Assembly: GCF_006345805.1 (NCBI RefSeq)
Contig: NW_021834156.1
Location: forward strand, 1 to 64,000
DNA from: Octopus sinensis
Taxonomy: Eukaryota
Direction: 5' to 3'
Length of the DNA: 64,000 nt
Under the pieces are notes generated by a model. The model had not been told where the DNA came from and ran no database searches. It was given only the letters and a program-made list of their open reading frames with translations. This document shows, piece after piece, positions 13,109 to 25,385 of this stretch. Within the stretch, counting starts at the first letter, position 1; every line of letters begins with the position of its first letter. The position numbers and the translations under genes were made by a program.

Positions 13109-13960
13109 AATATTTAGTGTTATCTGTTTATTATCACTTTTACTAACAGATGTCGTTCGTCCCGACGGAACGACCGAAGTGGTTGAACTGCTTGGCGTTA
13201 ATGCCAACTTCTCGGTAGATCAGAACTAGGGCAAGGTAACGAGCTGGGTTGCTATGTCTTATCAACCCTGCTCGTTACGAACCGAAATTAAGTTATGAAC
13301 CGAGGGTAAGTTATTTCTGAAGACGTTGCGCAGGAGTAGGAAATGTCTTTATCATCTGTTATGATTTCCTGTCTGGCTTCATTTTCTCCATCTAGTTTCC
13401 ATCCAACCTGATGACAGCATCTGGTTTTCAACTTCTCGTTGAAGGCGGTGCATCTCGCGCCAGCTCATATTCTGTATATTTATGCTGACGCTGCTGATAC
13501 GCAGGGACGCACACCGGTTACATCAACTGCGGAGATTTTCGGATGGTAAGCACGTTTGGATATATATTTTTCTGGGACACATCACATTTTTGGAGCTTCG
13601 TTCCTGAGTCAAGCTAAGAATAAACCTGGATAAGTAGAACCTGGGATGTGATCAGACTGTCATCGACCTCTATCTGAGTGACAATAAGAAATGGTAAAGT
13701 TTCGTTCCAGCAAACCATATATGCTTAGATGTTGGATATAGTGACGACATTGGGATATCTGACCGTAACCGAAAGTGCACATGCTAATCATTCCTGAAGG
13801 ACTTCCAGAATGGAAACTTAAAGATAATTTCTAGAAACCCATGATTGCAATGCTACAGACGGGTCGCAATGTTTCGAGATAAACATTATCACTGATGATT
13901 AATACTTATAATCTTCTTCTTCTTCTTATTATTATTATTGTTGTTGTTGTTGTTGTTGTT

Positions 13961-14145
13961 AAGAGAACAGCGCATGTCATCAAAATGATACCCGAATACA
14001 AAAATACGAAACTGAGTTTACCTGTCATGAACACCCGTGTCTGATAAGTGTACACAAACCGCACGCAACGCAACCATAAGTGAGTGGCATGGTGATCTCA
14101 TATCAAAATAAACAGCGCATGACCTTGCAGGTGGGGCTTAGTTCG

Positions 14146-14147
<2 letters not shown>
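13961..14147 (-). mobile_element. 5'-truncated copy of the ~550-bp AAT-associated element (family C)
   Basis: Homologous to the gagtgagagagcag end of 34541-35094 and flanked by trinucleotide microsatellites. Similar truncated copies at ~39644-39815(-) and 41355-41560(+). Confidence 0.75.
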
Positions 14148-14225
<78 letters not shown>

Positions 14226-14268
14226 CCACCACCATCATCATAATCACCATCACTATCATCATTATTAT
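14148..14268. repeat. (CAT)n microsatellite
   Basis: Direct inspection; explains the poly-His ORF 14080-14274. Confidence 0.95.
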
Positions 14269-14269
14269 T

Positions 14270-14842
14270 ATTAATTTAAGTCACGGTCGTTCTAATTCTT
14301 GGTAGAACTTATGTGAGTAGCGGGATATTACCTTGGTATCCATAAGCTTTCAATAGTATTCCAAGTCCATAAGACTTTTCTGACAATTGTTCTTGTTCTT
14401 AAGAGGCAAAATTTCTATAAAAGGTCTACTGGACATTCGATACCAATATCCTTCGGCCATTTGACTACATTTTTACTCGCAGTTCCAATGGCCCAGTGGT
14501 TAGGGCAGCGGACTCGCGGTCGGAGGATCGCCGTTTCGATTCCCAGACCGGGCGTTGTGTGTGTTTATTGAGCAAAAATACCTAAAGCTCCACGAGGCTC
14601 CGGTAGGGGGAGGTGGAGATCCTTGTTGTACTCTTTCGCCACAACTTTCTCTCACTCTTTCTTCCTGTTTCTTGGGTAAGGCTGCGATGGACTGGCGTCC
14701 TGTCCAGCTGGGGGGAACACATACGCCATAGAAACCGGGAAACCTGACCCATGAGCCTGGCTAGGCTTGAAAAGGGCGCATAAAAAAAAAAATTGACTAC
14801 ATCTTTACTTGCAGTTCCTAATGCACCAATTATTACAAGCAC
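14270..14842 (-). mobile_element. 3' end of RLE-type (R4/Dong/NeSL-like) non-LTR retrotransposon, interrupted by a SINE
   Basis: VIIGALGTASKDVV (14842-14793) continues as GTASKNVVKWPKDIGIECPVDLL*KFCLLRTRTIVRKVL (14486-~14370). This matches the typical RLE C-terminus (IGALG...LQK..LLGT..I.RKVL). Short 3' UTR then AAT repeats. Confidence 0.75.
14487..14792 (+). mobile_element. tRNA-derived SINE, family D (tggcccagtggttagggcagcggactcgc head) with poly-A tail and 26-bp TSD
   Basis: A-box TGGCCCAGTGG, B-box-like gtttcgattcc, A11 tail, and direct repeats 14461-14486 / 14793-14818 (24/26 identical). Confidence 0.88.
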
Positions 14843-15142
14843 AACCTTTACAGATTATGTACGCGAAATTCTTCTAACTTCAAATTCTGAGGATTATTTT
14901 CAATAATATTTATAGGCCAACTTGTTGCTTTTGTACGTCCGTACCTGTGGTGTGTGTCACACTTCTCTCAAAGAAAGAAATGAGTAGCAAAGCGGGAGAG
15001 AGGAGGACGGAGAGGCAGTAAAAGAGAAAGAGGGAGAGAGAGAGAAGTTGCAAATAATGTCGTTATCGTTCTCCTTGCCTTCATTCTGTCGTAGATTGCC
15101 TTTTGTCCATCTGCTGTCATGTCACCATTACTACTACTGCTG

Positions 15143-15194
<52 letters not shown>

Positions 15195-16040
15195 CACTAC
15201 TACTAGTACTGCTGCTGCAACTACTACTACTACTACTATTACTATTACTACTATTATTAGTAGTAGTAATAGTAGTAATAGTAGTATCAACAGAAGCGGC
15301 AGTACTATAGGTGGTTGTGGTGGTGGTGGTGGTGGTGTATGCAGTACTCTTGTGCATCTTTAGCAGTGATCGTATATATGATGTAATTATTTTTCCCCGT
15401 TGCGAACGAATGTGGAAATACGATACTAGAAAAGATTAATTGGAAAATGCAGACGAAACAAAGAGAATAAAGAAGCAAAAGAATATAAGAGATATATAGA
15501 AATATAAATGGAAGAAGAGTAAGAGAGGAAAGAGACAAATGAGGGTTGATATAAAGGAAAGGGAGTGAAGAAGAAAAAAAAAATTATAAAAATGAGCTTT
15601 GCCTTTGCCTTCAGTCAGCAATATAAGCAACTGCACGGATGATTATCTCCCTTAAATGACCAAAATATATTATGCTATATCTCCATATTGTCTTAACGAG
15701 ATGCATCTTATCGGATCTAGAAAATGCTTGCTGAGAGGCATAAATTGCTGCTGCTGTTGGATGCTGTCGTCCTTGTTGTTTATCCCCAAAGTCAGGTCTG
15801 ATCGACAAAAAAAAAAAAAACGGAAAAAAACCTATGATTAAAAAATGTTTCATGTGTCGCCATCTTTATTTGATTTATTTTTATTTTCACTATCTACCTG
15901 TAACCTAAGGCGGCGAGATAGCAGAACCTTTAGACTGCCAAGAAAAAACACGCCTAGCAGCATTTCGTCCCAATTTTGGGTTCTGAGTTCAAATTCCGCA
16001 CTTTACATGGCGTACTAGCGATTCTGCCAGCTCGCCACCT

Positions 16041-16126
<86 letters not shown>

Positions 16127-16127
16127 A
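16041..16127. repeat. (TAG)n microsatellite
   Basis: Direct inspection. A (CTA)n-rich low-complexity tract also lies at ~15128-15335. Confidence 0.95.
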
Positions 16128-16401
16128 TGATAATAATAATAAGGTGATATTGGCAAGAAGATATTATTTATGGTACCCAAAATAAAAAAAATAAAATTGG
16201 CCTCGTGGTATTTGAAATCAGGATACAGAGACTCAGAACGAACGACTCCACGAACTTTTTCCATCGTCTATACAATCCTAATAATTCGGCATATCGTCAG
16301 GTGTTTCATATTTCAGTACAGGACCAGCAATTTAAAGAGGAGAGAATTAAGAGATATTCTCGACCCTAGTACTTGAATGATACTCTATTTTATCGACTTT
16401 A

Positions 16402-16560
16402 GGCGTAGGAGTGGCTGTGTGGTAAGGAGCTTGCTTGCGAACCTCATAGTTCTGGGTTCAGTCCTACTGCGTGGCACCTTGGGGAAGTGTCTTCTTCTAT
16501 AGCCTCGGGCCGACCAAAACCTTGTAAGTGGATTTGGTAGACTGAAAGAAGCCCATCATA

Positions 16561-16632
<72 letters not shown>

Positions 16633-16848
16633 AGTGTGTATATATTTGTGTGTCTGTGTTTGTCCACCCACCATCGCTTGACAACCGATGCTGGTGTGTT
16701 TACGTCCCCGTGACCTAGCGGTTCGGCAAAAGAGACCGATAGAAGAAGTACTAGGCTTACAAATAATAAGTCCTGGGGTCGATTTGCTCGACTAAAGGTG
16801 GTGCTCCAGCATGGCCACAGTTAAATGACTGAAACAAGTAAATGAGAA
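16402..16848 (+). mobile_element. Full-length tRNA-derived SINE, family B (ggcgtaggagtggctgtgtggtaag head, internal (TA)n)
   Basis: A-box tggctgtgtgg, B-box gggttcagtcc, body ccttgggcaagtgtcttc...gaaactgaaagaagccc, internal TA tract, 3' gactgaaacaagtaaa. Other copies at ~17980-18148(-), 22820-22980(-), 25943-26341(-), 30960-31255(-), 35616-36071(-), 39818-40238(-), 42830-43190(-), 46830-47030(+), 48055-48935(-), 50390-51000(-) and 56120-56250(+). Confidence 0.9.
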
Positions 16849-17936
16849 AGTGAGTAAATGTGACGTCGAAAAGATGAAAGCCAACGTCAAGCTAGATGGA
16901 ATTTAAAATCAAAATAGCGGAGCCCCGATCGAATAAGTCAAGGAGTTCTATCCGACGTGCTTAATATTTTTCGATTTTGCCTTTTGTTACATTGTATTAT
17001 ATAGTTGCGTGAGTTGTGAAAATATGCTTGATGAAGTAATGGTCTCGCGGATTTTAATCTATACACACAGAAATATGATGCATCAAATTATAAATATATA
17101 CAACGAGAGGACGGACGTAAAATGTTGTAGATAGTGTTAGAGCCATGATATGATTAGATTTTGAAAGTTATGCATATGTAGCATAATTATGTTATGTACG
17201 GGCATTAATAATCAGAGAGTTTTATCTTAGTTTATATAATTAAGTTACGTAAATATACATTCTGAGTTCCAGTTGAAAGAATTCTAGAATTCTTGCAAAT
17301 TTGAGAGATAATGTACTGAAAATTATCAAACGGAATTGAGTGAGAACTGTTAGAATTTACAAAATTAGAGAGAGATAGCTGCAAAAGTAGATGCATGCAC
17401 TTAGTTACATAGTTATAGATAATATTTTGGCAGTAGATTTACGGTGGACATAATCGCTACATACAAAACAGCAGTTCTAATATAGTTAGAGACAGATACA
17501 CCTAAAAGTAGGTGAATTATGCCTTTAAACTTGTAAGGCGAACCGTATTGAGACAGAGTCCTCACTGCTGATACGTGATGTATTACTGGGGACTCAATAA
17601 TTTGTAGATAGAATTGACAGACTCAGGGTTGGTATTCAAAAATACATGTCCCTATTGTAGAGGGTTAACAATAAGCGAATCTAAATTATGAACACTGAAA
17701 GTATATGGCACATGAAATATAGTTATTGTTATTTTAGCATATGTGTACAAAGAAACACATATACACACATTGTAGACTTGCACATGTGTAGATGCAAAAA
17801 TGCATATATACATAGCTATATATCTGTCTGTCAATCTGTCAGTCTGCTTCTGTCTGTCCCTATCTCTCCCTTTCTGGCTGTCTGTCTATCTATCTATCTC
17901 TCTATCTCTCTCTCTATCTATCTATTTATCTATCTA

Positions 17937-17976
<40 letters not shown>

Positions 17977-19731
17977 CATATATACGACGGTGTTCCTTCA
18001 GTTTCCATCTACCAAATCCACTCACAATGCTTTGGTCGGCCCGAGGCTATAGTAGAAGGCACTTGCTCAAGATGCCACGCAGTGGGAATGAACCCGGAAT
18101 CATGTGGTTGGTAAGCAAGGTACTTACCACACAGCCATCCTGCACCGATGTATGTTGATATTTTACTGTCGATATTCTGAATTTTGCACTATGTTACAAG
18201 AAACAGTTTGTAGGGGCGCAGTGATTAGATAATGTCGTCCCAGAACATATCAAGAGAGCTACACTTTTTGAGTACAATACTTATCTGAAGCTCATACGGA
18301 TGCGTATGTACAGACGTGGACGCGGACACACATTTATATACATGTACCTAAATATATATTTTCTTGTGCATTAATTTACATTCAAGAATGTACTAAGAAT
18401 AGATATGCAAATGAACCTTTCGGATCATTACAATATGCAGTGCAAATAACGATTTTTTCTTGGTTGGCAGATATGAGCAGTAATCAGTTTTGGCCATTGT
18501 AATTATATACAAAACCAGCGATTTGTTTAGACAAAAAAAATCTGGTATCTCTCGCTGGTGAGTCACAAACCAAAACATCAGGATCCGCGGATTCCTTGTA
18601 CTAATGAACCTCGTGTTTCATGAAAACACTTCCGAAACAATTCCTGATTCGATATTTTGTACAAATGCAAGTACATAGACAAATAACTATTGTTCAACAG
18701 GAGGACGCCACCCTCACTGGATTAAATAGCCATCTCACAAATTTGACCGCATAATCTTTATATTATTCTACATCCGCTAGATTGATCAAGATTTCTGCAG
18801 ACAAACAGGACGATAATCTTGCTTTTCATTTCTCTTCTTCTTCAATATTTATGTCAACTATCTTCGTGGTTGTCTTGTCGTTTTCGTCATGTTTACTCCT
18901 AGACCAATCTTCTGGATTTTAAGTAGGTATTCACTGAGAATGAATGAATATATGGCACGGTATAAATGTCTGCCAAATTATTATATCTCTACAGCATGAA
19001 ACTATCAGTAGCACTTTTATTATGTTCCGCCTATATTAAATGGAATATACATTCATATATATATATATATATATATAATATGTATGTATATATATGCATG
19101 TATGTATGTATTTGTATATATATGCATAGTGTAATATAATGTAATAAAATATAGAATGTTTTGTAGTAATATCCAACCAAGGAGAGTAGTCAATACACAA
19201 ATACAATATTATGATAAATTATCAGCTCATATGTTCTAACGGAGAATTGTCTCAAGCCGTTAGACGTACATGGTGTTTCTGAATATAATATAAGTGTTAT
19301 TCGCAAGGAGATCGCAGTAATAAAACTTACTCGAATACCTGCGATATATAGCGTAGCGGTTATTCATTCTCTTCTCTCTCTCTCTCTCTCTCTCTTTGTC
19401 TCTTCCTCTATCTATCTATTCATCGAGATACATAAAGAGAGAGATTGGGAAATGTCTATGTCCATATATATATATATATATATCATATATTATATATATA
19501 TATATGTATGTGTGTGTATATGTGTGTGTGTGTATGCATGTATATGTTATACATACATATGTATGTATATGTATGTGTATGCATATATGTATATATATAT
19601 ATATTATGTGTGTGTGCAATATACATGTATGTAATGTATATGAGTGTAAATACATATATACTTATCTGCATATATATATATATGTACAGTATACATGTAT
19701 GTATATGAGTTTAAATAAATATATACTTATC

Positions 19732-19794
<63 letters not shown>

Positions 19795-20213
19795 ACAATA
19801 TACATGTATCGATATGAGTGTAAATAAATATATACTTATCTGCATATATATATATACAGAGAGAGGGAGAGAGAGACAGAGACAGTCAGACAGAGAGACA
19901 GACAGAGTAAGGGCTATATGTGTATTGTCCTCCTAACTGGAGAGTTGATTGTGTAATTGTGTTCTGCATCAGAGTTTCCGTCCATCTTCATTATATTTGC
20001 AATGCTAAGTGTATAAATAACGTCCCACTGAATACTTTATACGGTTTCAGCTTATCGTATTCAAAGGCCTGATCACAATCTGTCCGTTCACTATTATTAT
20101 AGCTAATTAACGCTGTTGTTCTAGGACCATTATATAACTTAACTTACCGTTAATATCACGTTATCGTGGTACACAAACACACGCTCACATACACACACAC
20201 ATATATATATATA

Positions 20214-20281
<68 letters not shown>

Positions 20282-20434
20282 TAATTGAGTAGTTGATGAT
20301 TATCTTATTATGGAAATCGGTTACCGATACCTGGGTAGCCAATTCACGTCAGAAAAACACGGTTGAAGTTACATGCCTAGGGCAGAGATCACGTGCTATC
20401 GTGTGGAAAAATTTGTGTGTTTTTGAATACAAAT

Positions 20435-20497
20435 AATGAAAGAATGGAGTTGAACGACGAATTTTGTTAATTCGTCGTTCAACTCCATTCTTTCATT
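20435..20497. repeat. Perfect 29-bp inverted repeat with 5-nt loop
   Basis: aatgaaagaatggagttgaacgacgaatt-ttgtt-aattcgtcgttcaactccattctttcatt; arms are exact reverse complements. Confidence 0.95.
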
Positions 20498-20963
20498 TAT
20501 ATATATATAATTATATATATATATATAAATGTTTGTTTATATACACACACCATACGTACACACATATATATATATATATAGTCGCCATGTTTGATGGTAA
20601 ATTCACAAGCTTTTTTATTCTCTATCTGTTTATCTCCTCGTGTTCCTTGCTGTTGAAGATCGTTGGCTCGAAATGTAAAAGACCTTGCCGAGCGTCAAAC
20701 TAATAACCTGCTTGTTGTTTAAACACTTGTTTTCGTCTTTTGTTTATCTGTAAATTTCAACTCTCTCTCTCATATATATATATAATATATATAATATATA
20801 TTATATATATTATTATTATATATATATATATATATATAATATATAATATATATATACATGCATATGTACATATTTATATACATATATATTGCATATATAT
20901 ATATAAACACACACACACATATATATATACATATATATATTTTTATGCACACACACAGAGACA

Positions 20964-20995
<32 letters not shown>

Positions 20996-21431
20996 CGTAT
21001 ATATTTATAAATATACACGTATGTACTGCTTTGATGTGAAATACGAGGGTTAAATGTTCATAGAGTGGCTGTTATATTCTCATCAAGTATAACCAAATGA
21101 GGTTTATTTTTCAGCATAGACTGCATTGCGGTTCTCACACTTCTTCCATCAGCGTTGCTGTGTTTGGATCCCGTTCGTGAAATGTTATATCCTATTGGCC
21201 AAAAATAGTTATCGTCATCATCACTGGGATACTGCTTTCTAGCTTATATTTTCCATATTGGAAACTGATGATATTCAGATGGGGCCAAATTATACAGCTG
21301 CGTTTTACCAAAATGTCCCATTGTTTTAATATATATATTTATATTCGACTTTTGGTAATTTGGGAATGATATAAAACTGTTTTGACCGATTGGGATTTTA
21401 TTCTTTATACATACAATTTATATATATAAAT

Positions 21432-21496
<65 letters not shown>

Positions 21497-21499
<3 letters not shown>

Positions 21500-21700
21500 A
21501 TCCAAACAAGAAAACAAAAAAAACACAACAACGCGAGGACGTGGAACAAATAAAGTATTATTTGACGCTCAGGAAAGAAGGGAAGAAGGAGGGTTTAATG
21601 TTTCGAGCGGAGCTCTTTGTCGGAAACATAGGAGAAGGAAGATCCGAAAGGGAAGACAGAGGAAAAAAATCGCCAGCGGTACTCACAAGTCACATATTGA
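21497..21700 (-). mobile_element. Short (TA)n-embedded hammerhead-bearing unit (same family as 55091-55295), degenerate core
   Basis: Reverse complement aligns to 55091-55295; ribozyme region reads gttt-CCGACAA-a-gagctccgctc-GAAAC-att-aaac. Confidence 0.75.
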
Positions 21701-21721
21701 AAAGCATTATATATATGATAT

Positions 21722-21752
<31 letters not shown>

Positions 21753-23329
21753 ATTTAAAATGAGGGTGAAAAATTGAATATTAATTTGATTAACATCAAG
21801 TTAAAACCAGTGGTCTAGCATATTAAAATCTGAAGGTTCAGTAAATTGTATTACATACATATGTATATGTGTGTGTATGTATATGTGTATGTATGCATGT
21901 ATGTGTGTATGTGTTTGTGCGTTTGCGTCGGTGTGAGTGTGCATATGTATGTTTATGTGTACTTGTTATTTGCTTCTCGTCACTTGGCAACCGGTATGGC
22001 TCCATTTGTGTCTTTGCAACTTCGCTATATTTACATAGTTTCTTTGATACGCAAGTTAGAAAGTCGACATGACATGACGCATTTTAAAGCTGTCACCAAA
22101 GAATCAATTCGTGGTTGGATCACGTATAACATTATATAAGACAACAATCAACTTATTGCCTATGTATTTTAATAGATCAAGTAGCGCTTAAGATTAACGC
22201 TACGCGCATAGATTTCTTACTATCTTCAACATCCTCATGAATCTAGCAAAGTGGATCTTTTATAAATAGCACCTCCAGCAGTCCACCTTTTTTCTCACGC
22301 GTTGTCTCTCATGTCAGGGATTATAAAAGTCATTGATTACGTAAACTGATATGTCGACGAAATCGGATGTCTTTGGAGACGTTTCCTGATTGTCTCTATT
22401 GTATTGTTCTTAATTTTTAACCCTAAGTAGTCTCTGGTGGTCTCGGAGACCTGTTCTCAAGTGTTCTCCACTCATGGATAACCTGTATTTTATTTCCTTT
22501 AGAACATAGCCTATACCTCAGGTTATTATCTAGGTAATGTGTTTGCATATCAGTAGAATGACATTTCACGGTTATTAATCAATGACATCTTAAGTGAGAA
22601 CTGATACCAGTGAAGTAAATATATGTTGTTTGCTTAAAACATTTCGTTGAGAAGTATATTACACAATAGAGTGTATAAAAGGTGAAGGAGGGGAGACTGG
22701 CTGCTGTGAATCGAGGCTACGAGATTACACGTCTGGGCTTATATATGCTCACACACACGAGCGCGCGCACACATAGGCACACCGTTCACAAACACACATA
22801 TACATATATATACATATATACGACAGGCTTCTTTCAGTTTCCGTCTACCAAATCCACTCACAAGGCATTGGTCGGCCCGGGGCTATAGCAGAAGACACTT
22901 CCCCAAGATGCCATGCAGTGGGACTGAACCCGGAACCATGTGGTTGGTTAGCAAGCTACTTACCACACAGCCACTCCGTGAAATATATATATATTTCTTT
23001 ACTGCCCAGAAGGGGCAAAGCATAGAGGGGACAAACAAGGACAGACGAAGGGATTGAGTCGATTATATCGCCCCCAGTGCGAAACTGGTACTTTATTTAT
23101 CGACCCCGAAAGGATGAAAGGCAAAGTTGACCTCGGGGGAATTTGAACTCAGAACGTAACGACAGACGAAATAACGCTAAGCATTTCGCCCGGCGCGTTA
23201 ACGTGTCTAACAGCTCTCTTGAAATATATATATATATATATATATTCTTTTATTCTTCTGTTTGTTCCAGTCATTTGACTGCGGTCATGCTGGCGTCCCT
23301 TATTCGATTTTATTCGTTTTATTCGTTTG

Positions 23330-23580
23330 TCACTGGTGCCATGGGAGCATTGGTTTCAATGCCACCCAACATGAAGAAATATGTGGAAAATTTAGAAATA
23401 CACTTCAATCTAGGTGTATTGCAAAAATCGGTATTACTTGGAACTGCATGCATATTGCATAAGGTTCTGTCTGTCTGAGGTCCTTGTAGTAACTTGACAG
23501 ACGGCACAAATCCACGGTAGACAGAATATTTTTCAACCAGCAACATCACGATATTGGATACTTTGTGACGTCTTACAAAA
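23330..23580 (+). mobile_element. 3' end of RLE-type (R4/Dong-like) non-LTR retrotransposon with (AAT)n tail
   Basis: VTGAMGALVSMPPNMKKYVENLEIHFNLGVLQKSVLLGTACILHKVLSV* (stop at 23478), then ~100-bp UTR and (AAT)n. Confidence 0.78.
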
Positions 23581-23683
23581 TAATAATAAAAATAATAATA
23601 ATAATAAAAATAATAATAATAATAATAAAAATAATAATAACAATAAAAATAATAAACGCAACAACAACAACAACATCAAAAGT

Positions 23684-24236
23684 AATGCCTTGATGCATTA
23701 CCAGGCAGTGGCTTTCATGGCTTTCGCTCTTAACTGATTGGAAGTGTTATTCTGTTCATTGTTTTGTCTTGGCATAAAAGATGGGCTACAGTAAATATTC
23801 TGCTCAATACCACAGATTAGTTTGCCAGTTGTTTGACCTAACAGTTGTGCATGTCCCTTAGTGGCTTACTATACATGCAACTCTGATCACGAGCAGAAGT
23901 ATAGGGGGAGCATCATAGCCCTGTGGTGAGAGAAATTCTTTGGGGTTTGAATAATTCACCTCTGGAAACATGGATGTTTCGTTGACCATCCTTAAGCAAC
24001 CCTTATTCAGGGACCTTTTGAGCGGGATGTGCTACTCGACCTGATGAAAATTCTAACTGGGCTGCACCTGAGAGTTTATGCGCTGTTTATCTTGATATGA
24101 GATCACCATGTCACGCACATATGGTTGTTATACATAGGGTTGTGATGCTTATCAGACGGGTAGTCCTGATCGGTATACTGCGATTCTTATATTCTACCCC
24201 AGTGTCACTTTGATGTCATGCGTTACTCTCTCACTC
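23684..24236 (+). mobile_element. Full-length ~550-bp non-coding element embedded in (AAT)n (family C)
   Basis: Begins aatgcc(c/t)tgatgca and ends ctctctcactc followed by (AAT)n. Full-length homologues at 34541-35094(-) and 40289-40858(-). Confidence 0.8.
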
Positions 24237-24420
24237 AATAATAATAATAATAATAATAATATAATAATACATAATAATAATAATAATAATAATCATAATA
24301 TAATATAATAATAGATAAAATAATAATAGAAATAATATAAGAATAATAATATAATAATAATAGTAATAATAATCGTAATAGTAATAATATAATAATAACA
24401 ACAACAACAACAACAACAAC

Positions 24421-24463
<43 letters not shown>

Positions 24464-24651
24464 CAAACTTTTTTTATTTATTTATTTTTTTTTATTTTTA
24501 TGTATTAGACATTCACTAGTACAACACCAACCCCCAAACCCCCCAAAAACCCCCAAATATATGGCACAGAACTTCCAACCTGTTGCCTCTTGAGGTCTCT
24601 GGGTGAGACTTGGAGCCAACTTGTACAGACATAAAGCAAAAGTCAAACATA

Positions 24652-24683
<32 letters not shown>

Positions 24684-24984
24684 TTCACCAGACAATATGC
24701 CCTAACATTCTGACAATATCGATACTAAAAGCTGTTATAATATGTCTGTCGAAAATCCGGATTCCAAGGCAGCAAATTTACCAGTCAGCAAATTCTAATC
24801 AAATGAAGACAGCAAAAGAATATTCGCCGCCGGGAATTTATAATGTTCTCAAAAAGAAATCTTCAGGCAAGCAAGCACCTCAGATATACAAAACTGTCTT
24901 CAAAGAATTCACTCCAATAATTTATACTTGACTTCAAATGATGGTTACTGAATATGAATTCTGACTGTATTGTTGTTCGTTCAA

Positions 24985-25005
24985 GTTGTCTTACAATAAT
25001 TGTTT

Positions 25006-25049
<44 letters not shown>

Positions 25050-25106
25050 CATAATAATAATAATAATAATAATAATATAATAATGATGATGATGATGATT
25101 TCGTTT

Positions 25107-25177
<71 letters not shown>

Positions 25178-25238
25178 TTCGTTTGTAATAATAATAATAG
25201 TAATAATGATTTGGTTTGTAATAATAATAATAATAATG

Positions 25239-25269
<31 letters not shown>

Positions 25270-25318
25270 ATATAATAATAATAATAATAATAATAATGAT
25301 TATTTCGTTTGTAATAAT

Positions 25319-25374
<56 letters not shown>

Positions 25375-25385
25375 TAATAATAATA
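24985..25385. repeat. (AAT)n microsatellite with 4 interspersed tt(c/g)gtttgt motifs
   Basis: Direct inspection; explains the poly-I/N ORFs. Other large AAT arrays at ~24237-24460, 33995-34310, 40860-40935 and 41180-41320. Confidence 0.95.

Noticed and set aside
14968-15363. Ser/Thr/Gly-rich ORFs suggesting a mucin-like exon
   Set aside because: They are translations of (CTA)n/(GTG)n tracts open in several frames on both strands, with no supporting homology.
18471-18557. Plus-strand exon-like segment with good acceptor and gtgagt donor
   Set aside because: Stops in all three frames from the strong acceptor; an open frame needs a weaker internal acceptor and has no homology support.
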